From an uncultured Gemmatimonadales bacterium (lineage in GTDB: Bacteria; Gemmatimonadota; Gemmatimonadetes; Gemmatimonadales; GWC2-71-9), in the NCBI GenBank assembly GCA_963825055.1, contig CAWGSK010000007.1, forward strand, positions 32,001 through 96,000: a stretch of 64,000 nt of DNA, given 5' to 3'. The notes below the pieces were generated by a model that was not told the DNA's origin, did not search any database, and saw nothing but the letters and a program-made list of their open reading frames with translations. The translations under genes were made by a program, and so were the position numbers. Position 1 is the first letter of the stretch, and each line of letters opens with the position of its first letter. This document shows, piece after piece, positions 1 through 9,487 of the stretch.

Positions 1-1242
1 GTCGATGAGTCCCGACAGGATGCCGGAAACCCAGAGGAGCAGGAGCGAGGCGAAGAGCAGCGTGGAGAGCGGGGCGAGGCCCAGGATGGCGCTGCCCTCA
101 TGGATCATCCAGCTCAGGCCGGAGGCCACCGTCGTAATCAGCCCCGTCTGGACGGCGGCCCCCACCACGATGAACAGGAACGCGAAAAACGACAGCGTCG
201 GCCACTCGATCTCGTTCTTGATGACCTCGATCAGGCCGTGTACCCGCTCCTGTTCCGAGGGTTGGTGGGTGCGGAGATAGATCACGTCCTGGACGATGAG
301 TACCGCCGCGGCGCCGATGAGGGCCGGGACGGCCGCAGGCATGCCGGTCAGTCCGTGGGTGAGGAATCCAATGAAGATGCCGGAGCTGATCACCAGGCTC
401 CAGCGGAGCAGGGCGGGGTTGTTGATGGTGGCGGCCTTGCGTGCGGCCACCCGCCGCTCAGGACTGCCGGGGCGGTAGTCGAAGTGACGTTCGGAGTACC
501 ACTCCAGCACCAGCATCATGATCATGACGGGGAGGGTGAGGTTGATCAGGAACGCTGTGAAGCTCAGGTTCGCGCCCGACCCGATCATGATGTTGGGCGG
601 GTCACCGATGAGCGTTGCGGTTCCGCCGATATTGGCCGCCATCACCATTGGGAGGAGGAATACGGTCGGGGCGACGGCGAGTTGGCCGGCCATCTGCATC
701 GCCATCGGCGTCACGAAGATGACGGTGGTGACGTTGTCGGCCAGGGCGGAGAGACCCCCCGTGAACCAGATGACGAGCCGCATGACGAGTCGGGGCTGCC
801 CCCGCGTGCGCTCCATGAGCCGGGCGACCGCCCAGTTGAAGACGCCCGTGGACTTCAGCACCCCCACCACCGCCATCATCGCCGCAAGAAGAAACAGGAC
901 GTTCAGGTCGAGAGCCTGCTGTGCCGCCTCGAACGAGATGAGGTGCCAGGGCGTGAGGTAGGTGACGGCCCAGAGCAGCGCCACCGCGGAGACGACGACC
1001 AGTACCCGGTGCGCCTTCTCCATGGCCAGGAGCGCGAAGACGGATATGATCACCGCCGCCACGATGCCCTGGGAGACCGGGTCCGTGGTGGATGAGGGCA
1101 GCACCCCCGGGGGGTGCTGCGTGGCGTGGGCGAGACAGGGCGTGAGGGGGAGCAGGAGGAGGCCCGCCAGGAGGCGTGCCATGAGAGGGAACACGGGAAA
1201 GGCGAACGATGGTTCCGTCGTCTCCGTGTGGATGTGCGCCAT
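1..1242 (-). CDS. ArsB/NhaD (SLC13-like) ion transporter permease, 3' end outside window
   Basis: Not in the ORF track because the stop lies outside the window. Manual translation from ATG 1242 (alternative ATG 1182) is open to position 1, with many TM helices and motifs ADNVTT and AANIGGTATLIGDPPNIMIG. Confidence 0.85.
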   Translation of the reverse strand, partial: MAHIHTETTEPSFAFPVFPLMARLLAGLLLLPLTPCLAHATQHPPGVLPSSTTDPVSQGIVAAVIISVFALLAMEKAHRVLVVVSAVALLWAVTYLTPWHLISFEAAQQALDLNVLFLLAAMMAVVGVLKSTGVFNWAVARLMERTRGQPRLVMRLVIWFTGGLSALADNVTTVIFVTPMAMQMAGQLAVAPTVFLLPMVMAANIGGTATLIGDPPNIMIGSGANLSFTAFLINLTLPVMIMMLVLEWYSERHFDYRPGSPERRVAARKAATINNPALLRWSLVISSGIFIGFLTHGLTGMPAAVPALIGAAAVLIVQDVIYLRTHQPSEQERVHGLIEVIKNEIEWPTLSFFAFLFIVVGAAVQTGLITTVASGLSWMIHEGSAILGLAPLSTLLFASLLLLWVSGILSGLID

Positions 1243-1436
1243 GAAGGCCAGGCCCCTGGGTGAGTCGTCGGCCGGGATCGCGTGGTCCGGCGGGTTTGGT
1301 GGTTCGGCGGTGGTCGGAAACCTTCTATTCTATCGCGCGGACCTCACGATGCACCACCCGCCAGCGGTTTCCGGCCCGCTGCCAGGTGTCGGTAACCCTG
1401 GCCGTCTGGTCGATGTGGCCTGGCACGCCGGGCCAG

Positions 1437-2117
1437 TCACCTCGCCATTACAGGCTGGACACGACGGAGCAGGGTGAGGCCGTCGCCTACCGGCAGCAGG
1501 CTCAGGTCGACACGGAGGTCCTCCCGCAGGGCCGCGTTCAACCTCCGGATGACAACGGTGTCTGGCTCCTCATTTCCCGGATCGGCCACCCGGCCGGACC
1601 AGAGCGTGTTGTCGATGGCGATGAGGCCGCCCGGCCGCACCAGCTCCAGGCACCGCTCGTAGTAGGCTGGCAGGTTGGCCTTGTCGGCGTCGATAAAGGC
1701 GAAGTCGAAGCGATCCGCGAGGCCTTCGTCCAGGAGCTCCTCCAGCGTGTCCAGGGCAGGACCCAGGCGGAGGTCGATCTTCTGCTCCACGCCGGCCTCC
1801 GCCCAGTAGCGCTGGGCCGTCCGGGCAACGTCCGGATCCTGCTCCAGCGCCACCAGCCGGCCTTCTGGTGGAAGGGCCATGGCGGTGGAAAGTGAACTGT
1901 ACCCCGTGAACACGCCGATCTCGAGCGTGAGCCGGGCATCAATCAGCTGGACGAGGAGGGCCATGAACTGGCCCTGTTCCGGACTGATCTGCATGCTGGC
2001 CTCGGGGTGCCGGGCCGTTTCTTCGCGGAGGCGGCGCTGCAGTTCCGACTCACGGAGCGACGCCCGGAGCAGGTAATCGTGGAGCTCGGGGGTCAGTGTG
2101 ATGGAGGAGCGGCTCAT
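1437..2117 (-). CDS. Class I SAM-dependent O-methyltransferase (caffeoyl-CoA OMT/Methyltransf_3 family)
   Basis: MQISPEQGQF, LEIGVFTGYS, FDFAFIDADK, DNTLWSG, PVGDGLTL motifs. Confidence 0.92.
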   Translation of the reverse strand: MSRSSITLTPELHDYLLRASLRESELQRRLREETARHPEASMQISPEQGQFMALLVQLIDARLTLEIGVFTGYSSLSTAMALPPEGRLVALEQDPDVARTAQRYWAEAGVEQKIDLRLGPALDTLEELLDEGLADRFDFAFIDADKANLPAYYERCLELVRPGGLIAIDNTLWSGRVADPGNEEPDTVVIRRLNAALREDLRVDLSLLPVGDGLTLLRRVQPVMAR

Positions 2118-2209
2118 GCCGAAGGATAGGGGACCCGCGCATCGGCCCGCCAGCCCGGTTCCCGACCGTGCTTGCCCCTGCTCCCGGCGGGCCGTACCTT
2201 GGCTTTTCT

Positions 2210-3076
2210 ATGCCACCTCCCTTCTCCCCCTACGATTCCGGGGGCTGGAGCGTCGGCTCCGGGCAGGAATCTTCCGGTGCCACGCTCGAGCACCCGCTGC
2301 CCCAGGCCATCCCCGCGGGGTTCCGGGGGAAGGTGGCCGTGGTGACGGGCGGTGCGACCGGCCTCGGCCGCGCCATTGCCATGGAGTTTGCCCGGCTCGG
2401 CTGCAATGTGGCCATCTGCTACAAGGAGATGAAGGGAAGGGACGTTTCGGAACAGGCGCTCCTGACCGAGACGGCACTCTCGTCCATGGGCGTCGCGGTC
2501 TACGCCGCCCGCACCGACGTCCGGGACCGTGAGGCCGTCGACCGCTTCGTCTCGGAGGCCCGGGCCCGGCTGGGTCCGGTGCACTTCCTGGTCAACAACG
2601 CCGGGATTGCCGTGGATGGCGCACTCTGGCGCCTGACTTCCCAGGCCTGGCAGGACGTTCTCGATACCAACGTCACCGGCGCCTTCAACTGCATCCGTGC
2701 CGTGGCGCCCGGTTTCCGCGAACAGCGCTACGGGAAGATCGTCAGTATCTCCGCGCATCAGGCCGTGCGTCCCGGCTTCGGGGTGGCCAACTATGCCGCG
2801 AGCAAGGCTGCGCTGGTCGGCCTGACCCGGGCCGCAGCCGTGGAACTCGGCCCGGCCAACATCAACGTGAATGCCGTCGCCCCCGGGTTCATCCGCACTG
2901 AGCGCATGGCGATGCTGCCGCCGGAGGTCTTCGAGCGCGCCCGCCGGACGTCGGTCCTGGGACGCCTGGCCGAGCCCGAGGATATCGCCCACGTCGTTTC
3001 GTTCCTCTGCAGCGACGACGCCCGCCACATCACGGGCCAGATCATCTCCGTGGACGGCGGGCTGGCTCTTGAGTAG
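2210..3076 (+). CDS. SDR family oxidoreductase (FabG-like)
   Basis: TGGATGLG, NNAG, YAASK, VAPGFI, VDGG. Start moved to in-frame ATG 2210. Confidence 0.9.
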   Translation: MPPPFSPYDSGGWSVGSGQESSGATLEHPLPQAIPAGFRGKVAVVTGGATGLGRAIAMEFARLGCNVAICYKEMKGRDVSEQALLTETALSSMGVAVYAARTDVRDREAVDRFVSEARARLGPVHFLVNNAGIAVDGALWRLTSQAWQDVLDTNVTGAFNCIRAVAPGFREQRYGKIVSISAHQAVRPGFGVANYAASKAALVGLTRAAAVELGPANINVNAVAPGFIRTERMAMLPPEVFERARRTSVLGRLAEPEDIAHVVSFLCSDDARHITGQIISVDGGLALE

Positions 3077-3079
3077 CTG

Positions 3080-3202
3080 GGTAAACGGTAAGCGGTAAAC
3101 GGTGAACGGGATTTCAGAGGTTGCCTCCGTGCCGCCAGGCGACCATCCCGTTGGTTCACCGTTCACCGTTCACCGTTCACCGTTCACCGTTCACCGTTCA
3201 CC
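3080..3202. repeat. Inverted pair of heptamer arrays: (GGTRARC)x4 and (GTTCACC)x7 around a palindromic core
   Basis: Units at 3080-3107 and seven perfect GTTCACC at 3154-3202. The core can pair: AACGGGAT/ATCCCGTT and GGTTGCCT/AGGCGACC. Confidence 0.95.
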
Positions 3203-3323
3203 TCCTACATCTTCTCCCCCTCCCACATTAGGTTTCCCCCTGGATGGACAGCCACAATTGGCCGTCTAAGTCGTTTTTGCGATTGACCTTACGCCGGTAG
3301 CTCCCGGCGCCCGGGAGGTCCCA

Positions 3324-3971
3324 CTGAGATTCCTGCTGCTCGCTGGACTGACCCTGATGGCCGGATGCGGCGGCCGGTCGCCGTCTGACGACCTGCCGGC
3401 GCCCGAGCGGGCCGAGATGGAGCGCATGCATGCGCTGTTCACCGCGCCGCTGGCGGGGCAGACGGTCCCGGTGCTGCCATTGACGCTGGTCGTGGCGGAC
3501 GTCCCCTCGCGGCAGGGGCCACTCGCCGGGGATCACGCCGCGGTCGTGGCCTGGGGGGACTCCCTGGTGGCCTACGCGCTGACTGCGCGGGCGCCAGAGG
3601 TCAACTGGATGCTGCCCGAGGAACTCCGGCAGAAGGCCAGGCGGGCGCCGACCCTCGTGACCGATCCGGACAAGATGGGGCAGTCCATCCTGCGCAATGA
3701 ACGTATCGATGTGCTGCCGGACCCGTTCCGCACTTACAGCCGGAACCTGGCCGCCGTGACCGGCGGCCGGCTGATGATGATTCCCGCCTCGCTCGAGATC
3801 ACGCAGGCGGGCGACCAGGGCACCCGCGCCGAACTGGCCATGGTGCTCGCCGACGTGCGCCTGGCCAAGGTCATGTGGCGCTCCCGGGCCACGGGGTACG
3901 GCGCCACCGCCGCTGCCGCGCTCGACTCGGCGATGGCCACCATGCTCCCCCTGTCCCAGGCAACACAATGA
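3324..3971 (+). CDS. Hypothetical lipoprotein, probable CTG start
   Basis: GGGAGG at 3313-3318, then in-frame CTG 3324 giving MRFLLLAGLTLMAG-C (lipobox). The track ORF starts at 3357. The stop overlaps the next ATG (ATGA). Confidence 0.7.
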   Translation: MRFLLLAGLTLMAGCGGRSPSDDLPAPERAEMERMHALFTAPLAGQTVPVLPLTLVVADVPSRQGPLAGDHAAVVAWGDSLVAYALTARAPEVNWMLPEELRQKARRAPTLVTDPDKMGQSILRNERIDVLPDPFRTYSRNLAAVTGGRLMMIPASLEITQAGDQGTRAELAMVLADVRLAKVMWRSRATGYGATAAAALDSAMATMLPLSQATQ

Positions 3972-4984
3972 GCCGTGATGTCACACTGATTCCGGGTGAC
4001 GGCATCGGGCCCGAGATTACCGCCGCCACCGTAACAGTGCTCGAGGCGACGGGGATCAGGTGGAACTGGGACGAGCAGGTCGCGGGGATGGCCGCCGTGA
4101 ACGCGACCGGCACGCCGCTTCCCGAGGCGACTCTCGAGAGCATCCGGCGCACGCGTCTGGCCCTGAAGGGCCCCCTCACCACGCCGGTCGGCACCGGCTT
4201 CCGCTCGGTGAACGTGGCCCTCCGGAAGGAATTCGAGCTGTTCGCCAACGTGCGGCCGGCCCGGACGGTGGTCCCAGGCGGCCGCTTCGAGGGGATCGAC
4301 ATCGTACTGATCCGGGAGAACCTGGAGGGGCTGTACGTCGGGGTCGAGCACTTCGTCCCGGTGGGGAACGACCCGCGGGCGGTCGGCGAGTCACTGGCGA
4401 TCGTGACCCGGGTCGGCTGCGAGCGGATCGTGCGCTACGCATTCGAGTATGCCCTGAAGCGGGGCCGGAAGAAGGTCACCATCGTCCACAAGGCGAATAT
4501 CCTCAAGATGGTCAGCGGGCTCTTCCTCGAGGTGGGACGGAACATCGCGAAGGAGTACGAGGGGAAAGTGGAGGCAAACGACATGATCGTGGACAACGCC
4601 GCGATGCAGCTCGTTCTCCGGCCCGAACAGTTCGACGTCATCGTCACCACGAACATGTTCGGTGACATCCTGAGCGACGAGGTTTCCGGGCTGGTCGGCG
4701 GACTCGGCCTTGCCCCGGGCGCCAACATCGGAACCCACGCGGCCATCTTCGAGGCGGTGCACGGCAGCGCGCCCGACATCGCAGGCAAGGGGATAGCCAA
4801 CCCGGCCGCCCTCATCCTCGCCGCGGCCCAGATGCTGGACCACATCGACGAGACGACGACGGCAAACCGGGTCCGCCAGGCCGTGCTCGACACGCTGGTC
4901 CAGGACAACGTCCGGACCCGTGACCTCGGTGGGACTGCCTCGACACTGGAGTTCGGGGATGCCGTCGCTCGGCGGGTGGCCTGA
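3968..4984 (+). CDS. Isocitrate/isopropylmalate dehydrogenase family protein (NAD-IDH-like)
   Basis: VTLIPGDGIGPEI, LKGPLTTP, RSVNVALR, RENLEGLY, VHKANI, NMFGDILSD, FEAVHGSAPDIAGKGIANP. Confidence 0.93.
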   Translation: MSRDVTLIPGDGIGPEITAATVTVLEATGIRWNWDEQVAGMAAVNATGTPLPEATLESIRRTRLALKGPLTTPVGTGFRSVNVALRKEFELFANVRPARTVVPGGRFEGIDIVLIRENLEGLYVGVEHFVPVGNDPRAVGESLAIVTRVGCERIVRYAFEYALKRGRKKVTIVHKANILKMVSGLFLEVGRNIAKEYEGKVEANDMIVDNAAMQLVLRPEQFDVIVTTNMFGDILSDEVSGLVGGLGLAPGANIGTHAAIFEAVHGSAPDIAGKGIANPAALILAAAQMLDHIDETTTANRVRQAVLDTLVQDNVRTRDLGGTASTLEFGDAVARRVA

Positions 4985-5288
4985 TGTCCCATGCGTGGAG
5001 TGCGGGCGGCATGTCTCCGGGATTCCCTGGGGCGAGCGCTGCCCCGAGTGCGCCCAGCAGCGGAAGCGCCACGCGTCCCGGCTCGCTTCCCGCGTCGCGC
5101 TCGGGGCCACAATGCTCATGGGGATCTACATCGCATTCCAGCCCATCGGCACCGGGCTGGCACGGATCTACGCCATTGTCGCCGTTCTCGCCACGTACAT
5201 CCTCGTCCGACGTATCACCCAGCACCTCGCCATGGCCTGGCTCGCCGAGCGGCGGCCACGCCCGGAGAATATCGATGCGAATGACTGA
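4959..5288 (+). CDS. Small membrane protein with N-terminal CxxC...CxxC zinc ribbon
   Basis: CVEC...CPEC followed by two hydrophobic helices. It overlaps both neighbours. Start uncertain (ATG 4959 after GGAG). Confidence 0.6.
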   Translation: MPSLGGWPDVPCVECGRHVSGIPWGERCPECAQQRKRHASRLASRVALGATMLMGIYIAFQPIGTGLARIYAIVAVLATYILVRRITQHLAMAWLAERRPRPENIDAND

Positions 5289-6657
5289 CCGCCCTTCTGC
5301 CTCGTCCGTCCTGACCGCCCTGTTCGCCCTGGCCGCCCTGTCCGTCTCGACCGCTCTGGCGCAGTCCCCCAGCGTGACCATCTACAACGATGGCCGGGTC
5401 CTGATGCGCCGCTCCGTCGAAGCCACGGTGAAGAAGGGCGAGAGCACGGTGACCGTCGCCCCGGGTCCGATCGATCCTTCCACGCTCTTCAGCACAGATC
5501 CTGCCGTCGTCATCACCGGCGCCGACTACACGGAAGCCGGGAGCGCCGACATGGCGCTGCGCCGGGCGATCGGTCGGGAGATCCGCTGGGCCCGCGAGAA
5601 GGACACGGTCCGGACGACGGTGCTCGGAGTTGATCCGCTGCGCCTCCGGCTGCCTGACGGCTCGGTGATCTTCACCGGCCCCGGGCTGCCACTGTTTCCA
5701 GCGGAACTCGCCGGCGGGCCTTCCGAGCTGACGCTGTATCTGAAGAGCGAGGCTGCACGGTCATCGCTGCCGCTCGCGTGGTTCACCGGCGGGGCGAGCT
5801 GGCAGGCGAGTTACCAGGTGATCCTCCAGGGGAAGGAAGCCCGGGTGACCGGCTCGGCGGTGATCCCGAGCAACGGACTGGATGTGGCCAATGCCCAGGT
5901 CCAGCTGCTGGCGGGGGCTGTGAGTCGAGCTGCCCCGGCCCCCGCAGCACGTGAGTTCGCCAATGCGCAAGCTGGAATGATCGCGATGGACAAGGCCAGG
6001 GGATTCGCCGAAGAGGAGCGGACCGGTGAATTCCACCTCTACACCATCCCCGGTACGCTCACCATCCAGCCAGGCCAGACCACCACGGCAGCGCTGTTCG
6101 ACCCCGCCCGGGTGCCGTACCAGAAGCGGTACGTGGTGTCCGGCGTGCTTCCGATCTACGGCATGGTGCCGCAGATGGGTGACGAAGAGCAGGAGGTGCC
6201 GGTCGAGGTTACCTACGTCCTCACCCGGCCGGAATCGAGCGCGTTCGGCAAGCTGCCCCTCCCTGGTGGGGTGGCCCGGCTCTACGAGGCCGACTCGCAG
6301 GGCCGACTCCAGCTCGTCGGCGAGTCCGGCATGGGCCACACCGCCGCGGGCCAGGACGTGCGGCTGTACGCCGGGAACGCGTTTGACCTCACCGCCCGTC
6401 GCGTACAGACCAGCTATGAGCAGTCCCATCCGACCCGGACGGAGACCCAGGTCCTCGCGGCCTACCGCGTGACGGTGGCCAACGCGACCGACAGCGCGGT
6501 GAGCGTGGATGTGCTGGAGCAGCGGCGAGGCGGCTGGACAGTGCTGGAGAGTTCGGTGCCGGCGGAGAAAGTGTCGAGCAGTACGATGCGGTTCCGGATC
6601 ACGGTTCCGGCGAAGGGCGAAACGGTGCTGACGTACCGGATCCGGGCGTCGTGGTAG
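5281..6657 (+). CDS. DUF4139 domain secreted protein
   Basis: Signal peptide, VTIYND, SWQASY, PLPGGVARLY, GNAFDL, C-terminal VPAKGETVLTY. Confidence 0.8.
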   Translation: MTDRPSASSVLTALFALAALSVSTALAQSPSVTIYNDGRVLMRRSVEATVKKGESTVTVAPGPIDPSTLFSTDPAVVITGADYTEAGSADMALRRAIGREIRWAREKDTVRTTVLGVDPLRLRLPDGSVIFTGPGLPLFPAELAGGPSELTLYLKSEAARSSLPLAWFTGGASWQASYQVILQGKEARVTGSAVIPSNGLDVANAQVQLLAGAVSRAAPAPAAREFANAQAGMIAMDKARGFAEEERTGEFHLYTIPGTLTIQPGQTTTAALFDPARVPYQKRYVVSGVLPIYGMVPQMGDEEQEVPVEVTYVLTRPESSAFGKLPLPGGVARLYEADSQGRLQLVGESGMGHTAAGQDVRLYAGNAFDLTARRVQTSYEQSHPTRTETQVLAAYRVTVANATDSAVSVDVLEQRRGGWTVLESSVPAEKVSSSTMRFRITVPAKGETVLTYRIRASW

Positions 6658-7514
6658 CTCCGATCGTCCTCGTCCACCTGAGCGACCTCCACTTCGGGGG
6701 GCCGGCGGACCTCGACCAGGTCGAGGCGCTGGAGGAGTTCCTGCCGGGGCTCGCCCCTGACGCCATCGCCATCTCCGGCGACCTCACCCAGCGCGCGAGG
6801 CACGGGGAGTTCCAGCGCGCTCGGGCTCTGGTGCGGTCACTCCTGTCCCTGGCCCCGGTGCTGGTAATTCCAGGCAACCACGATGTCGAGTGGTGGCAGA
6901 GCCCATTCGGCATCCGCGGGCATGCGCCCAAGTACCGGAAGTTCTGTCGCTACATCGGCGACGATCTCACCCCGGTCGTACGGATTCCAGGGGCGACGCT
7001 GGCCGGGGCGCTCACGAGCCATGGTGTGGCCTTCGGCTCGCTGACACCGTCGATCCGTGACCTGGCGGTGATCGGCCACCTCCCCGCCGCCGAGTTGCGC
7101 CGCCTCGAGGCCGTCTTTGCAGAGTCTCCTGCGAACGATGCCCGGGTGGTGGTGGTGCACCACAATGTGCTCCGCGGCGGGATCTCCGGGCGCGTGGGCC
7201 TGGTGTCTGCCAGCCGGGTGCACCGCCGGCTCCGCGACATCGGGGTCGACCTGGTCCTGACGGGCCATGACCACGAGGAGGCAACCGGGACGGTTGCCGG
7301 CACGGTGGCAGTGAGCGCTGCCGGGACGCACAGCTCCCGTTCCCGGCTCGGCCGGCCGGGAGTGTTCAACACGATACGGATCGACCGGGGCGGCATGACG
7401 ATCAGGCATTATCGATGGGAAGCGGCGGATCGGCGGTTTGTTCCGGGGCAGGCTGCCGGCTTCCCGCGGGGACGGGTGGACGATGTTCTGGTGGAAACGG
7501 AAGCCGGACGCTGA
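6651..7514 (+). CDS. Metallophosphoesterase (CpdA/Icc-like)
   Basis: SDLH, GDL, GNHD, HH, GHDH motifs. Confidence 0.88.
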   Translation: MVAPIVLVHLSDLHFGGPADLDQVEALEEFLPGLAPDAIAISGDLTQRARHGEFQRARALVRSLLSLAPVLVIPGNHDVEWWQSPFGIRGHAPKYRKFCRYIGDDLTPVVRIPGATLAGALTSHGVAFGSLTPSIRDLAVIGHLPAAELRRLEAVFAESPANDARVVVVHHNVLRGGISGRVGLVSASRVHRRLRDIGVDLVLTGHDHEEATGTVAGTVAVSAAGTHSSRSRLGRPGVFNTIRIDRGGMTIRHYRWEAADRRFVPGQAAGFPRGRVDDVLVETEAGR

Positions 7515-8232
7515 GGCCGGCCCGTCCCGGCCGAGCCTGGGGATGGCGCCCGACGTCCTGCTGGGCGAACGGCTGCGAATCCTCGGCCTGACCGGGGTCA
7601 ATGGAGTGCGGACCCATACCAACCGCACGGTGATGCTGAGCGTGGGGCGCCGGGGCGTGCTCCGTCTCCACCGGGGGTACGCCACCGCCCCTGACCGGGT
7701 GCTGCAGGCGATCGTTCGGTTCCTGAGGCCGGGGCTGTCGCGGGTGGAGCGGAAGGCTGCGGAGCGCGTGTTTCTGGACTTTCCGGTGGCGCAGCCCCCC
7801 GAGTCGGCCGGGCGTCGGGCTCGCCGGGAGCGGCCGAGGCCCGGTGACCTCCGGACATTGAACCGGCTGGCCGCCCTGCACGAGGCGTTCAATCACAGGT
7901 ATTTTGACGGGCGCCTTGCCACGATTCCGTTCCGGCTTTCGGGTCGCATGCGGACCAGGCTGGGCGAGGTCACGGTGGACCTGCGCTCCGGGCGGCCGCT
8001 CGAAATCGCCGTCAGCCGGGCGCACCTCCGGCTCCATGCCTGGGAGGAGGTGGAGCAGACTGTCCTGCACGAGATGGTGCACCAGTGGCAGGCGGAGAAT
8101 GGACTGCCGGTGGATCATGGCAGGACCTTCCGCAGGAAGGCGAGAGAAGTGGGAGTGGAGCCGCGGGCGCGACGCCGGCGGCGCCTGTCCCCCCGGCGGT
8201 CGCCGGGGGAACGCGAATACGAAGCGGGATAA
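7483..8232 (+). CDS. SprT-like zinc metalloprotease
   Basis: FNHRYF, SGRMRTRLG, LHEMVH, DHGRTF. Confidence 0.82.
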   Translation: MFWWKRKPDAEAGPSRPSLGMAPDVLLGERLRILGLTGVNGVRTHTNRTVMLSVGRRGVLRLHRGYATAPDRVLQAIVRFLRPGLSRVERKAAERVFLDFPVAQPPESAGRRARRERPRPGDLRTLNRLAALHEAFNHRYFDGRLATIPFRLSGRMRTRLGEVTVDLRSGRPLEIAVSRAHLRLHAWEEVEQTVLHEMVHQWQAENGLPVDHGRTFRRKAREVGVEPRARRRRRLSPRRSPGEREYEAG

Positions 8233-8250
8233 CCCGAGGCGGACCGACGC

Positions 8251-9438
8251 ATGGCATCGAACTTTACCGGTGTGGATTTCTACGACATCGACAGCCTTCT
8301 TTCCGAGGAGGAGCGGGCCGTTCGCGACACTGTCCGGACGTGGGTGAGCGATGAACTCATGCCTCTCATCGGCGAGTGCTACATCGAGGGGCGGTTTCCG
8401 AAGGAACTGATCCCGGGCATGGCCGAGCTTGGCCTGTTCGGCGCCAACCTGCCGGAGGAGTACGGCTGTGCCGGCCTCAACAACGTCGCCTATGGCCTGA
8501 TCATGCAGGAACTCGAGCGGGGTGACAGCGGCATCCGCTCCTTCGCCTCCGTGCAGGGGGCCCTGGTCATGTATCCCATCCACGCTTTCGGCAGTGAGGA
8601 GCAGAAGAAGCACTGGCTGCCCCGCCTGGCGAGTGGCGAGGACATCGGCTGTTTCGGCCTCACCGAGCCGGACTACGGCAGCAATCCGGGCGGCATGGTC
8701 ACGACGGCGAGGGAGACCGCCGACGGCTGGGTGCTGAACGGGACGAAGATGTGGATCACCAACGGCTCCCAGGCCACCGTCGCCATCATCTGGGCCAAGA
8801 CCGGCGACATCGGGGACACCAGGTCCATTCGCGGGTTCATCGTGCCGACTGACACGCCGGGTTTCACCGGTCGCGACCAGAAGGGCAAGCTTTCCCTCCG
8901 TGCCTCGGACACGAGCGAACTGATCCTCCAGGATGTGAAGGTCCCGAAGGACGCCATCCTTCCGAAATCCGGTGGGATCAAGAGCCCGCTCATGTGCCTG
9001 ACCCAGGCCAGATACGGGATCGCATGGGGGGGCGTCGGCGCCGCGATGGCATGTTACGACGAGGCGCTGCAGTACGCGAAGAACCGGGTCATGTTCGACA
9101 AGCCGATCGCCCAGACCCAGATCCAGCAGGTGCGCCTGGCGGACATGCTCACCGAGATCACCAAGGCGCAGTTCCTCGTCCTGCAGCTCGGGCGGCTCAA
9201 GGACCGGGGCACCATGACACCCGAACAGGTGTCGCTTGCCAAGCGGAACAACGTAAACATGGCTGCGGAGTGTGCCCGCGAATCGCGGCGCCTCCTCGGC
9301 GCCAACGGCATCCTGATCGAGTACCACTCGATGCGCCACCTGGCAAACCTCGAATCGGTCTACACCTATGAGGGGACGCACGACATGCACTCCCTCATCC
9401 TTGGCCAGGCCGTCACCGGCCTTGCGGCCTTCGCCTGA
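8251..9438 (+). CDS. Acyl-CoA dehydrogenase (glutaryl-CoA DH-like)
   Basis: ELERGDSGIRS, CFGLTEPDYGS, KMWITNG, SLRASDT, TYEGTHD. Confidence 0.92.
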   Translation: MASNFTGVDFYDIDSLLSEEERAVRDTVRTWVSDELMPLIGECYIEGRFPKELIPGMAELGLFGANLPEEYGCAGLNNVAYGLIMQELERGDSGIRSFASVQGALVMYPIHAFGSEEQKKHWLPRLASGEDIGCFGLTEPDYGSNPGGMVTTARETADGWVLNGTKMWITNGSQATVAIIWAKTGDIGDTRSIRGFIVPTDTPGFTGRDQKGKLSLRASDTSELILQDVKVPKDAILPKSGGIKSPLMCLTQARYGIAWGGVGAAMACYDEALQYAKNRVMFDKPIAQTQIQQVRLADMLTEITKAQFLVLQLGRLKDRGTMTPEQVSLAKRNNVNMAAECARESRRLLGANGILIEYHSMRHLANLESVYTYEGTHDMHSLILGQAVTGLAAFA

Positions 9439-9487
9439 CGGTGCGCCCGGCCCCTGCCGGGTGCGTTGACTCTGACAGGAGAGTGCA

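Noticed and set aside
1098..1120. Palindrome GCAGCACCCCC-G-GGGGGTGCTGC
   Set aside because: It lies inside the transporter coding frame, occurs once and is plausible by chance in GC-rich DNA.
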